From contig JBHGNT010000005.1 in NCBI GenBank assembly GCA_043228905.1, positions 19,344,001 to 19,408,000 of the forward strand: a stretch of DNA of 64,000 nt, read 5' to 3'. Under the pieces are notes generated by a model. The model was not told where the DNA came from. It saw only the letters and a list, made by a program, of their open reading frames with translations, and ran no database searches. The translations under genes were made by a program, and so were the position numbers. Source of the stretch: Azolla caroliniana. Lineage: Eukaryota > Plantae > Polypodiophyta. Shown in pieces: positions 1-11,600 of the stretch. The first letter of the stretch is position 1; every line of letters starts with the position of its first letter.

Positions 1-1328
1 TACTGAGTTGGCTCACACCCTTTGGTGCCGGACTGCGCATCTAGTTTGAGATTACGATCGAGCGGGGTTGCCACGGATTTGCACTCAGCCATCCCGAACT
101 TGTATAACAAGTTGAGGATGTACTGCCATTGAGAGATCATGATTCCGGCTGGAGTCCGAATTACCTCGATGCCGAGGAAGTAGTGGAGCTCCTTCATGTC
201 CGTCATATCGAACTTGTCGGAAAGGAGGGATTTGACTTTATTGATTTCGATGAGATGCTCACCTCCAACGACTAGGTCATCCACATATAAGATGATGATG
301 ATCGGACTTGCGGAATCACTTCGTATGTAGAGGGAGTTATCCGATTTTGACATACGGAAGCCGATTTGATGAAGATATTGAATTATCTTTGAATGCCAAG
401 CACGCGGTGCTTGCTTGAGGCTGTAGAGTGGCTTCTTGAGTCGGCAAACAGCTTTCGGATGGGTGCTCGAGTTGAAGCCGGGTGGTTGGATCATGTACAC
501 CTCCTCTTCTAATTCGCCTTGTAGAAAGGCGTTCTTGACGTCCATTTGATGGAGGTGCCACCCTTTCGCCGCGGCAATCGCAATTATGGTCCGCACCGTC
601 GTCATCTTTGCCACCGGGGCAAAGGTCTCTTCGTAGTCGACGCCATGCGTCTGAGCGTATCCTTTCGCTACGAGTCAAGCTTTGTAGCGGTTTATGGAGC
701 CATCGACGTTATACTTCACCTTGTAGATCCATCTGCATCCGATCGCCTTTTTGTGTGGTGAGGTGGAAACGAGATCCCACGTCTCGTTCTTCCGTAGTGC
801 CTGCATCTCCTCGTTCATTGCTTCGATCCATCGCGGGTCCTTCGCGGCTTCCGAAAAGGTTTCCGGCTCCCGTACTGTCGCTACCTTCATCATAAAGGCG
901 TAATGGTACACCATATAATCATTGTAGCTGAATCGGCTTATGGGGTTCTTTTCACGAGTGGAGCGACAAAGCTTTTCATTTGCTGAGATGAGGGCTTTCT
1001 TAGCTCCGATTGGTACATCGAAGCCGCCGAACTCACTGTCGAGTGAGTGAGTCGGCTCATTGTTGTTGAAGCGATCGTCTTCGTATTCCGACATTTTCGC
1101 CTTGCCTTTGTCCATCTTCAGGCTAGGCCGTGATGTGCTTTGATCACTCAACGGCTCTTGAGGTCCGCTCAGTCAGGTCGTGATCGGACTTTCTTCGATC
1201 ATGCACGTAGGGCAATCTTCATCCTCGATCTCTTGGTCGGCAGATTCCGGGTCGAGTGGAGGCGGAGTCGGAGTTGTCTCTAGTGCATACCAGGATGCGG
1301 ACTCGTCAAAAATGACGTCTCGACTTAC

Positions 1329-2192
1329 TCAAGATTTTCGAGTTGAAGGGTTGTAGCACTTGTACCCCTTTTTGTCCAATGAGTATCCTACGAGGATACA
1401 TTTCTCTGACTTCGAGTCAAGCTTTTGACGCTTCTCGTCGGGGGTGTGCACGTACGCTATCGCTCCGAATATGCGGATGTGCGATAAGTCCGGCTTCTTT
1501 CCGAAGTATTTTTCGTGCGGAGTGACCTCGTGCACACCGGATGTTGTGCATCGGTTCATTAGGTAGACGGCCGTATTTGCAGCTTCGGCCCAATATGACT
1601 TGGGCATATGCTTCTCGTTCATCATGGCTCGCGCTACTTTGAGGATGTGCCGATTTTTGTGCTCGGCTACCCCATTTTGTTGCAGAGTGTGTCGGCAAGT
1701 GAATTCTCGCCAAATTCCTTCCTTTCGGAGATACGCCGTGAAGGCGTCCGAGAAGTACTCCTTGCCGCCATCCGATCGAAGGCAACGTACAGGTCGGCCC
1801 GTGGCTTTCTCGACTTCATTCTTGAAAGTTTGGAAGTGCCGCATCGGGTAGATCCAAGTGTGCCTGGAGAAGTCGTCGATGAAGAGCACGTAATATCGGC
1901 ATCCGCCGAATGTAGCCGTTTGCGCCGGTCCCCATACGTCGGAATGGACTACGTCGAGTAGACCTTTGCTCACGTTCCGCTCTTTCGGGAATGGGTGTCG
2001 GTGTTGCTTGCTGAATTGGCACGCTTCGCATACACCTTCAATCTCCTTCTCTTTGAATGTTGGGAGTCCGATTACGACTCCTTTTGATTTCATTGCTTTG
2101 AGTTTGTTGAGATTGATGTGGCCGATTCGCTTGTGCCATAGCTCTATGTCGGAGTCGGCTTTCTTGTTTTTTGCGAACATGGCGGATTTCAT
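1329..2192 (-). pseudogene. copia A integrase fragment
   Basis: HHCC-type zinc motif (WHKRIGH...CEAC) and D,D,E core (SDVWGP, RSDGGKEY, QNGVAE). Confidence 0.9.
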
Positions 2193-2471
2193 CTCGTGTT
2201 AATTGAGAATGAACATCCGACCCTCTCTTCTTCCGTGCGGGATGATTCGGCCCTCTTTTTCGATGACGCACCCTTCTTGGTCGAATCGTACTTGCATCCC
2301 TTGCTCAACCATTTGGCCGACCGAGACCAAATTCTTCGTGATGGTGGGAACATGCAAGACATTTTTAATGTATGTTTGCTTACCTCTTTCGCCGAACGGG
2401 ACATTGCCGATGTACCGAATCGGGTGCGTAGTGTCATCTCCGGTTTCGACATAACCGGGTCGCTCCGGCTC

Positions 2472-3599
2472 TCAAAGTTCGAGAAACCATTCTTTATGGG
2501 ATGCCATATGGTTTGAGGCTCCGGAGTCTACAAACCATACGTCCTCCGGATTGAGGGCACTAGTTGAGGTAGAGGCCGACATAGAGTTTGCTCTATGTTT
2601 CATCATGAACATTCCGCCACGGTCGGAGTTGCGTGCATACATTCCGCCACGATCTTCGTAGTCGGAGTTGTTCCCGTACATTCTGCTATACTCTTCGTAG
2701 TTGGAATTGTGTGCATAATTCATGAGTTGTCGGCTTGTGGAAGCCGATTCACACATCTTCTTTCGGCACTCTTCTTCGTGGTGGCCGAGCTTTCCGCAAT
2801 ATCCGCATTTGGTTGCGTTTTGACGGCTCAGGCCGGAATGGAAGCTCCCCCTTCTTGCGAAGGTTCCTCGTTGGCCTCCATTTTGCGGCCGAAATTGGGA
2901 GTTTTTGTCGTAGGTCGGACCTCGTCCGTCTTGTCCTTGGCCGAATCGGCCTCTTGCTCGTCCGCGTCCTCTTCCTCCATTAGAGTGTGTGTAGAGCATG
3001 TGGCCTTCCGACTCATTGCTCCTTGTATGTACGTGGTTTTCTTCGACCAATAGCATTGATTGGAGCTCGAAGAAGGAGGGAGATTTCTCCCGTGCTAGAA
3101 CGGCGGTTCGCATCGCGCCGAACCGTGGTGCAAGGCCACCGAGGCATATTTGCACCATCTCATCATCATCTATACTTACGCTTATTGGGCCGAGCAAGTC
3201 GCAAAGCTCCTTGATCTTCAAGGTGTATGTCGTGATGGACATGTCCCTTTGTTGAATGTTGTTCAACTCTTGGCGGAGTTGAAGCTTCCTCGCGGTTGTG
3301 TTGGCGGCAAAAATCTTTCGTAGATTTTCCCACGCTTCCTTCGGCGTCTTAGCTTCTCGAATGTAACTGAGCATGTGGTCGTGAACACATGTCGCCAAAC
3401 AATACATCACGCGGCTTTCGGCTTGCTCCCATGTCGCATATCCGGGAGCCACTTCGGTGGGTCGGTCTTCATGCGTTTCTTTGATGTAGCTCCAATAGCC
3501 TTGTCCGACAAGGTATTGGTGCATCTTGTACTCCCAAGATGCGAAGTTGTTTTGATCCAACTTCTCGGTAGGGAGAGCGCTCCCCATTTGAGTATTCAT
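2472..3599 (-). pseudogene. copia A gag-protease ORF
   Basis: 375-aa ORF with copia gag N-terminus, CCHC knuckle and VWFVDSGASNHM protease motif; ends in a premature stop. Confidence 0.9.
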
Positions 3600-3758
3600 T
3601 ATGTCGATTCTTCTTCTTCTTCTTCTCTCTTCGAATGCGAGCTATGTAGCGAAGCTACGATAGCGATGAGCCGGTTCTTGGTCGTTGGCGTGGAGCACAA
3701 CACACAATCACGATGAGGCAAATGGGCTAGATCGAGCTACCAAATCGCTCTGATACCA

Positions 3759-3815
3759 TGTAAAGAATCGGATATGGATTCTTGTGAAGCGGAAGAGATA
3801 TGAGTTATGTGTGTG

Positions 3816-3856
<41 letters not shown>

Positions 3857-4176
3857 GTGAGTGAGAGAGACAAGGAATAATACACAGAGAATACGCAAGG
3901 TAAAAGTATATTATCAAAGGAGAAAGACACGACATTATACAAGGTGGGAGGAGGGTGCTTTATGTAGTCACCCTCTCTCTTCATTAACTAAAAGCCTCAT
4001 GGAGCATGGGGAATGTGAAAGCTCATAAGTTATGTGTCATAGAATATGATTCTATGACTCATACTAAATGCTAGAATACAAAGTGGTGACTTAATGGTGA
4101 CTCTTGACCGTTGGAGTGTCTATTCACTCTCAAGGTGAGTTCACACACTAGACCAAGTTGAGCTTGATTCTCAACA
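3759..4176 (-). repeat. 5' LTR of copia A (418 bp), contains a (GA)n tract at ~3821-3870
   Basis: TG...CA termini directly adjacent to the PBS. Both termini match those of the LTR at 61370-61827. Confidence 0.85.
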
Positions 4177-6438
4177 ACTTGATTGACAAGAAGGTTTTCT
4201 GGAGTCGAGACATTGTCTTCATGGAAGACAAGACCATTGCCTACTGGGAGTCGGAGAAGAAGACAACGATCTTTGGGTCAACCGACAGAGATCGGTCGGA
4301 AGATGCAAGGACCCATCCAGCCGGAAGCCGGATGACATTCGAAGAACCGGCCGGAGTCAAACAAGAAACCAAACCGACCGAAGAAGAAGAAGATTTGGAC
4401 ACTAGAATCGGACAAGACCCCCAATTGGATTCGGATGAAGAACAAACGGAGGAACCGGTGGTTGAAAACCAAGGACATAGATACCCTCTAAGAGAGAGAA
4501 GGCCCCCTTGGATATTTTCGGATGCAGAGCATGTCTTATTGACCAACGAGGGGGAGCCAGAAAGCTTCGAAGAAGCAAAGAAAGACACCCACAACCACAA
4601 ATGGTTAAGTGCCATGCAGGACGAGATGGATTCCTTGCATGAGAACCACACGTATGAGTTGACGGAGCTACCAAAAGGAAAGAGAGTGCTTGGAACAAGT
4701 GGGTGTACAAGTTAAAACCGGGAGATGCTGGAAACCCACTGAGATACAAAGCCCTGATCGTGGTGAAGGGCTTCCAACAGAAGAAAGGAGTGGACTTCAA
4801 TGAGATCTTTGCCCCGATAGTAAAGATGACATCCATCCGGACTGTGTTGAGCATAACAGCTACGATGGACCTTGAGGTCGAGCAACTAGACGTGAAGACG
4901 ACGTTCTTGCACGTTGACCTCGAAGAAGAGATCTACATGCAACAACCAGAGGGGTTTGTGAAGAAAGGGAAGGAGCATATGGTATGCTAGTTGAAGAAGA
5001 GCTTATACGGACTAAAGCAAGCTCCCGGACAATTGTACCGGAAGTTCAACTCCTTCATGACCGATCAGGGATACCACAAGACATAGGTTGACCACTGCAT
5101 TTTCGTGAAGAAATTTAACAGAGGCGACTTCCTGATACTTCTGTTGTATGTGGATGACATGCTAATCATCGGACCAGACCGAATCAAAATCAAGAATCTA
5201 AAGAAGGCCTTGAACCGGACCTTCTCAATGAAAGTTCAGGGTCCAGCGAGACAGATATTAGGGATACACATAGTCTAGGACCGGACGAAGAAGTTGTTGT
5301 GGTTGTCACATGAGAAGTATGTGACAAAGGTGCTCCAACGATTTGGCATGTCGAATGTTAAGCCGGTCATATCAACACTTCCGGCAAACTGCAAGTTGTT
5401 CGGGAAGCAAAGCCCGAAGACAAAGGTAGAGAAGTTGGAGATGATGAAGATACCATATGACTCTGCCATGGTGTGTACCCAGCCAGATATCGGATATGCA
5501 GTCGGAGTGGTTAGCTGGTTCACGAGTAATCCGAGAAGAGAACACTGGACCGTGGTCAAGTGGATACTCTGGCACTTGAAAGGCACCTCGAGTATGTGCC
5601 TCCGATTCGGCTCCGGTAAACCCCTGTTGGAATGCTTCACCGATTCAAACATGTCGGCTGATGCGGACACCAGCCAGTCTACATCTGGATATGTCATGAC
5701 ATATGCAAGGGGAGCCGTATCGTGGCAATCGAGGCTGCAGAAGTCCGTTGCACCGTCGACAACGGAAGCGGAGTACATGGCAGTCGTGGAGGCTACCAAA
5801 GAGGTAATCTGGATGAAGGACTTCATCAGAGAGCTAGGGATTCAGCAAGAGGAATTCCGGCTCGATTGCGACAGTCAAAGTGCCATCCACCTTGTAAAGA
5901 ATGCGGCCTACCACTCCCGGACTAAGCACATCCAGAGGAGATATCATTGGCTTCGGGAGAAGGTAGAAGACAAAGAGTTTTCAGTGACGAAGATTCATAC
6001 AGAGGAGAACGGGTCGGACATGCTGGCAAAGGTGTTGTCAGCCGACAAACTGGACACGTATCGGAGACGGATCAGACGAATGAGACATCCTATGCCAGAG
6101 TGAAGGGGGAGTTTGTTGGGAAACAGGTCCCTTTGGATGGGATCAGGATGAGAACCAAACGAGTCAGAAGACAAGACGAAGGAAGGGACTGGGCCATATG
6201 GATCCGGAAACTATCCGGGTACCGGATCAGATGGATTCAGAAGCAGTCTGATTGGACTTTGTATGAACCAGCAAATAGGAACATATTAGTAAATATGTTC
6301 AAACGTGACCGTTGATGTCATATTTGTGAATAGTCCTAAAGTTATATAAGTATAAATATAACTAGGGCAACAACTTTTTGTAAGGGGTCGTAGTGATCAT
6401 CATTGTAGTTGCTATCTTTGTTGTATCATTGTACACAC

Positions 6439-6479
<41 letters not shown>

Positions 6480-6491
6480 GAGAGAGCCTAG

Positions 6492-6564
6492 ATGGATGTA
6501 GCTTAGTCGGTAAGGTTGCCCAATGGAGACCAGGTGGTCATGGGTTCAACTCCTACATTCCACA
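6492..6564 (+). other. tRNA-like Pol III cassette (A box + B box), degenerate, inside LTR of copia B
   Basis: A box TAGCTTAGTCGG 6499-6510 and B box GGTTCAACTCC 6543-6553 at tRNA-like spacing. Partial T arm and acceptor-like pairing TGGATG/CATTCCA. No convincing anticodon stem. Confidence 0.65.
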
Positions 6565-6616
6565 GTGGCATCTAGTGAATTAAGAGATATATATGAAGTA
6601 TATAATAGAGAGAAGT

Positions 6617-6687
6617 GAGAAAATTGGGTTTCGAACCCAAGACGTAGTGCTTGTAGTGTTAACAACTTACCACTAGGGTAAGCTAAT
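6617..6687 (-). other. second tRNA-like Pol III cassette, convergent with the first
   Basis: Minus strand: A-box-like TACCCTAGTGG (6680-6670), perfect T arm TTGGG-TTCGAAA-CCCAA (6640-6624), followed by TTTT. No acceptor stem. Confidence 0.6.
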
Positions 6688-7519
6688 TACAATAAAAGAG
6701 AGAGAGAGAGAGATACAGATACAAAAAGTATTTTCTGTTATAACCGCCGACTAGCAAAGACATAGAGCTCGAGGTCATTGCCTCCGAGTCTCGCATTGTA
6801 TCCTTCCTCTCATAATGATAGTTGGAATCTATGGGCTCCCGTGGTTTTTTCCGATTAGGGTTTTCCACGTTAATATCAGGTGTCGTCTTATTCTGTGTAA
6901 GTGTAGTAAGTCTTTATTTCTATTCTGATTCTTCCATTGTGATTAAGACTCAATTGTGGCCGAGCACTATTTCCGCACATAAGTAATATTGCGCGTAAGC
7001 CATGAATATAGATTGCACTATCCGCAATCTGACATGGAGTGGCCATGTTGCAATCTTCCAATAGCTTAGCTTTTGTCTCACTTTTTTGTAGAACCCATTC
7101 AACCTTTCTTTTCTCTGTTTTGGAAATCATGCGCTCGACCTTCATTCTTCAAATCGCTTTTGAATGCATTGTGTCTTTTTGGGTTTCGGAAATCTTGTGC
7201 TCAACCTTGATTCTCCAAATCACATTCATTTGCATGCATGCATGTATCAAAAGGTGTTTGGGAGATAGGTTTAGGGTTCAAGGGTCATGGGTGTGGGTGT
7301 AGGTTTATGGTTTAAGAACTTGGTTCTTGTTTGCCAAACATGGGTTTAGGGTTTAGGGTTTTGAGTGTTTTAAGGAAACGAAGATTCTTGACAATGATGT
7401 GTGCACGCACGCTTGTCGAGATTAGGCTTCAGAAATAGCTAAGCAACCCAAGGTTCTGAAACCCATTATGCTCGATCTTTTCTTGGAATTGTGCACACTC
7501 CTAAACACATTGTCTTTTC

Positions 7520-9600
7520 TTAATCATGTTAGAGAATCTATTACAACTTTTCAGTCGTTTCGTTCACACAGAGAGAGAGACTTTGGTTGGAGGGTTGCAC
7601 ATCAATTGGAGAACGTCTCGTTTGATCTCTTGTACTAAGATCAATTTACAAAGTTTGGGATGGCTAGGATCAATGCTTTATAGGGGTATACATTTTCAAC
7701 ATCTAGGGTATCCATCAGGAGTTGATGTGGTGAATTCTCAAATAATTGAGTGGATTTACAAAAAGTTGAAAGACAAGTTTATGTATTTGAAGTCTCAATC
7801 TTGGGCATTCAATGTATGACTCGAAGTGGTGCAATGTATTTTGAAACCCATGCTTCTATATTTTTTTACCATTGTCTCCTTGGACTAAGAATTCCTTATT
7901 AAAGAAGTGTCTTCTTTGATTTATGTTGTGGTGAAAGAAGGAAATTAAGATGGAATTGTATGGAATCATTTAGCTACTCTTATGAGATGAGGTGGTTTGG
8001 CAATACTAAATTTGGATATGCATTTGATGGCTCATTGTTCTTCATTGTTACTAGATATATATGATACAACAATTTATTGAGAAAAAAGGATTGGTGCATG
8101 GGAAAACTAAGATTAAGGCATCATGGTAGCAATAGGCACACTTCTCTTAAAGTTTGACACTTTGTATCAGTAGAGGAGTTAGTAAGATTGTAGCAATAAG
8201 CTTTGCCATATTTTGAATGGGCACCATCAAATCATCAAGAGAAAATTGGTTGTTTCGGTTAAGTGTTGTTTGAAGTTGGTGATGTAGTTCAGAAGAAGTG
8301 TCAAAGGTTGTTAGAGTTTGATGATCCTATAAGATGGTTATGTATTCCACCAAATTAGGGTTTTATCTGGCAAAACTTGTGAAGTATGACATTGTTGCAA
8401 TGATGTTTGCCTATGAAGATGGATAATCAATCTTGGGTATTCTAGTGGTACAAGATCGTTAATGGTCAGTAATGATCATTCTGTAAATTCACTTTCATGG
8501 CTCTCATCTAAAGCACAAAAGTTTGGGGATCTAAGCAAGTTTGATGCAAGGCAATGGAAAAGGTTAAAACATACTTTACATGAACTCTTTTGTAGTTTTG
8601 ATACAAAGCTTTGGTTTGGAGAATGATGATTTTGACCTTTCTTTAGGTTCAACCCTTGAGAGGAGAGGGTTGATGTTACGAGCATGACCATATAATATCT
8701 CGTGGTAAGATTGTACCGTAGTATTCTATACATGTACATAAAGTGTGAGGGTTAAACGAGAGTGTAAAGAAGGGAGGATTACTTTTAATCCCAGGAATTG
8801 AGACAACCCATAAGAGCCAAGTGTGAACTTGCTTGGGGCCCGTAGGTCTAACTATAAATATGAGGGCTAGCTACCCTCATTGACACATCATATTGACTAC
8901 ATCGAGACTCTAATCATGTGGTGAAGAGACTCTTGTAATGAGTGGGCCAGTACCAGGTACGGCTCGTTGCCACAATGGTGGTATGGGACGCCGATCGAGG
9001 CTCGAGTCCGTCTCGATCCCTTCGCTCGGGAGTGTTCGGGTGGATCGGCACCCTTCTTTTGAGTCTCACTTCTCTATATATCTATTTATCTATTATTTCC
9101 CTATCTTTTGCTTACATTAGGATTAAGCTCTAACAATTGACGTGAGGCATATTTTTCCTTTAGACGATCCAATTGGAATACAATATACATCGATTCATTT
9201 GATTTCCTATTACACATGCTATTAGAAAATATTTATCAGAAATATGGCAAGTTTTGCTATGTATGATGCATAGACAATGGAACTTTAGTGAATATGTGCA
9301 TGGACCAACATATGAGATGGAAATCAACTTCCAAAATTTAAGGCATTGGGATTTGCAACACCATTGGAATATGTGTAGTGATTTCATGTTTGATGGTAGG
9401 CATGGAGTAAATGCATATATTTGAAACTTGAAAGGCATACTTAAGTGCGGTTGCCAAATGTGGATGTTAGTTCATGTGGGGATTGTTTCTTCACGTGAGT
9501 ATTAAACTTTTTGATGGCATAGGGGAATGTATCTCTCCCTACGCACAAAGAGATGACATCAATATTGTAATGGTGGTGGTTTTGACATACAATCAATTTA
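7520..9600 (+). mobile_element. highly decayed L1-type LINE ORF2 remnant, split by the solo LTR at 8674-9135
   Basis: GLHINW...FQHLGYPSGV...EWIYKKLKDKF (7526-7819) resembles the post-RT region of plant L1. Trp-rich zf-RVT-like traces (WMLVH) at ~9340-9560. Boundaries approximate. Confidence 0.55.
8674..9135 (+). mobile_element. solo LTR of the chromovirus gypsy family also present at 55841-61369
   Basis: TGTTA...TAACA termini. Flanks GTTGA (8669-8673) / ATTGA (9136-9140) form a 5-bp TSD with one mismatch. Colinear with the reverse complement of 55841-56295. TATAAATA at ~8853. Confidence 0.9.
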
Positions 9601-9615
9601 TTTGTGCGGTTTATC

Positions 9616-11600
9616 GAGATAGATAGATAGATAGATTCTATAATCGTCTTCGGAGGTCAAATATGACTTATGAGACCAAAAATATTACATTTCATGTGGT
9701 ACATGTGAAAGTGAGTAACAAGTCTCGATGTTCAAGAACTTTACCAATGAATGTTGTAATCAAGAGTGCACATTGTGGTTGTGAGAGAAATTCGTGCAAG
9801 GATTGTGCTCGGTCAAAGATATGTGGAAAGCATGGTCAAATGCAAAGCATTGTATCAAAGTATGATACTCATACTCTCAAACTTGTTTAGAGCAAAGTGT
9901 GCATAGCCGACCACTCTCATCACTTGTGCCCCAACGACCCTTCTCACATCGCAATGCATGTGCGCTAAGTCGCATGGAAGTAATGGTTCAAATGGTAGAT
10001 AACGGGATGGGTTCTAACATGTATCAATGTGTACGGTTTCCCCGTTCCGCGAAGAATATGGTTTTGTTGTTAGGTGCAACATGTGTAGTATAATGTTTGA
10101 AGCGTGAGCCTCCACATTTGTCCCATGTCATGATACATTAGTGCTGCAAAAAAGCCTTATTTACAAAGGAATCTAGGGATGCATCATGAAGCAAGTGTCT
10201 TGCATCCCATCCACCAAACCATTTTTCCATATTTTGCATCCAACCGGAACACAAAATTTTCTTTTATGTGTCTTTTGGATCTTTTGCTTGCTTCCCATAC
10301 AATTCTAGGAAGTCGATGTGAGGGAATTTTTTGAACCTTAAGCATGTATTCAACAACCCTTTCCAAGGCCATGATCTCAATGGGAAGCGATCCTGTCTCA
10401 AGGAGGAGGGTGTTGGGCGTTTGTTTCTTAACTTGTAGAAACTTTGTAAGAAAATGTTTTTTGGACATTTTCAAACTCTTTCCATGTAGATTTAGGAGCT
10501 ACCACCCCATAGAGAAGCATCAGTGTCACCAAAGCGTAGAAAAGATATTTCTTGAGGACCCAACACTTAATATCACCATGATTGCATGTGTTTTCAAATG
10601 CATAATATGCTCGCTTACCCGCCTCTAAGCGGCTTGTAGCACATTCATTCCATCTATGATTTGAAGGAACTTCAAGGCCAAGATATTTGAAGCTTTCCAC
10701 ACATTCAAGTGGCTCAGTATTGTACATAATGCATGGTTTATCTCTTTTTTGGGTCTTCACAAGCATAATCTTTGTTTTAGAGCTATTGACACTTAATTTA
10801 GTATGCATGCAATTTTTTTCCAATGCCTTCATAAACTTTTGTGCATCTCCTAAAATATTTGCAAAAAGCACTACATCATCCGCATATAGCAAAAGCATAA
10901 TGACAACATTCCCAATTGTAACTTCTTCAACACTTTCTTCCTTTACAAACTTGGCAACCATTTCTTCCAATTCATCAATGCATAAACCAAATCGTGTTTG
11001 TGAGAGTGGGCATCCTTGCTAAACACCAATAGTGCTATTACAAAAATTTGAAAGTCTTATCTCTCATACACAACATATCCTTCTCATATATTCGGGAAAT
11101 TGCAAGCATACATTCACATGGCACCTTGAGTTCTTCCATTCGCCTCCAAAGATGCTCACGGGGTACCATATCAAAAGCTTTCTTGAAGTCTACAAAGCAA
11201 CAACATAAACCTTTACCTCTAAGGCAACTTTTTTTCATTAATACTCAAAGGGTGATAAGGTGATCAATGGTGCTATGGTGTTTTCAAAAGCTAGCTTGTC
11301 CATAAGCTCTCTTGCCATTATTTTAGCCCATACACTTATCTTTGATTCCATTATACATCTAAATAGTTTTGCCATTAATGAGACAACCATGATGGTTCGA
11401 TAGTTGTTTGCATTATTTACATCTCCACCTTTATGTAAAGGTTTGATCCAATTAGTAGTCCAATTATATGGCATACCATGTTGCAATGCATCATTAAATA
11501 TATCGCTTATCCATACATGTGCTTCCTTTCTCGTCCATTTGAGCATTTTAGCCTTTATATTGAAGATTTCTTGCCTTTCGAGAGGCCAATTTCTTAAGTC
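9616..11600 (-). mobile_element. non-LTR retrotransposon family 1 (RTEX/CR1-like RT), 5'-truncated and degenerate, (CTAT)n 3' tail
   Basis: RT motifs NYRTIMV (11238-11546), CCFVDFKKAFD (11038-11238), LLLYADDVVL and FKYLG (10428-10970). GATA repeats at 9617-9635 mark the 3' end. The 3' region is homologous to 16400-17135. Confidence 0.85.

Larger units (their letters stand above)
1..4176 (-). mobile_element. Ty1/copia LTR retrotransposon A (degenerate; 3' part runs off the left edge of the window)
   Basis: 5' LTR 3759-4176 (minus strand TGTTGAGAATCAAGCTCAAC...CTTTACA). tRNA-iMet PBS TGGTATCAGAGC at 3747-3758. gag with zinc knuckle CGYCGKLGHHEEEC and protease DSGAS in ORF 2472-3599. GAG-pre-integrase/integrase (WHKRIGH, VHSDVWGP, LRSDGGKEY) in 1329-2192. 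RT motifs (KAIGCRWIYKVK ~700-760; LYVDD ~270-295). Several stops and frameshifts. Confidence 0.95.
4177..7034 (+). mobile_element. Ty1/copia (Tork/Tnt1-like) retrotransposon B, 3' half, degenerate; interrupted at 4176/4177 by copia A
   Basis: Integrase C-terminus (KKVFWSRDIVF) starts right at the junction. RT (EQLDVKTTFLH, LLYVDDML ~5140-5165) and RNase H (SWQSRLQKSVAPSTTEAEY, HSRTKHI) run to the stop at 6103. PPT GAAGGGGGAG 6102-6111, then the LTR starts TGTTGGG at 6114. The right LTR boundary (6979 or 7034) is uncertain. Confidence 0.9.
6114..7034 (+). repeat. 3' LTR of copia B (right end approximate)
   Basis: Follows the PPT. TATAAATA at 6351-6358. CCCGTGGTTTTT...GGGTTTTCCACGT motif (~6838-6870) typical of Tork-like LTRs. 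Candidate CA ends at 6979 or 7034. Confidence 0.65.

Noticed and set aside
6492-6687. Functional tRNA genes
   Set aside because: A/B boxes and T arms are present but anticodon and acceptor stems do not pair properly. Reported as tRNA-like cassettes only.
7268-7360. Interstitial telomeric repeat (TTTAGGG)
   Set aside because: Only two tandem units plus scattered degenerate ones, which is common in plant intergenic DNA.
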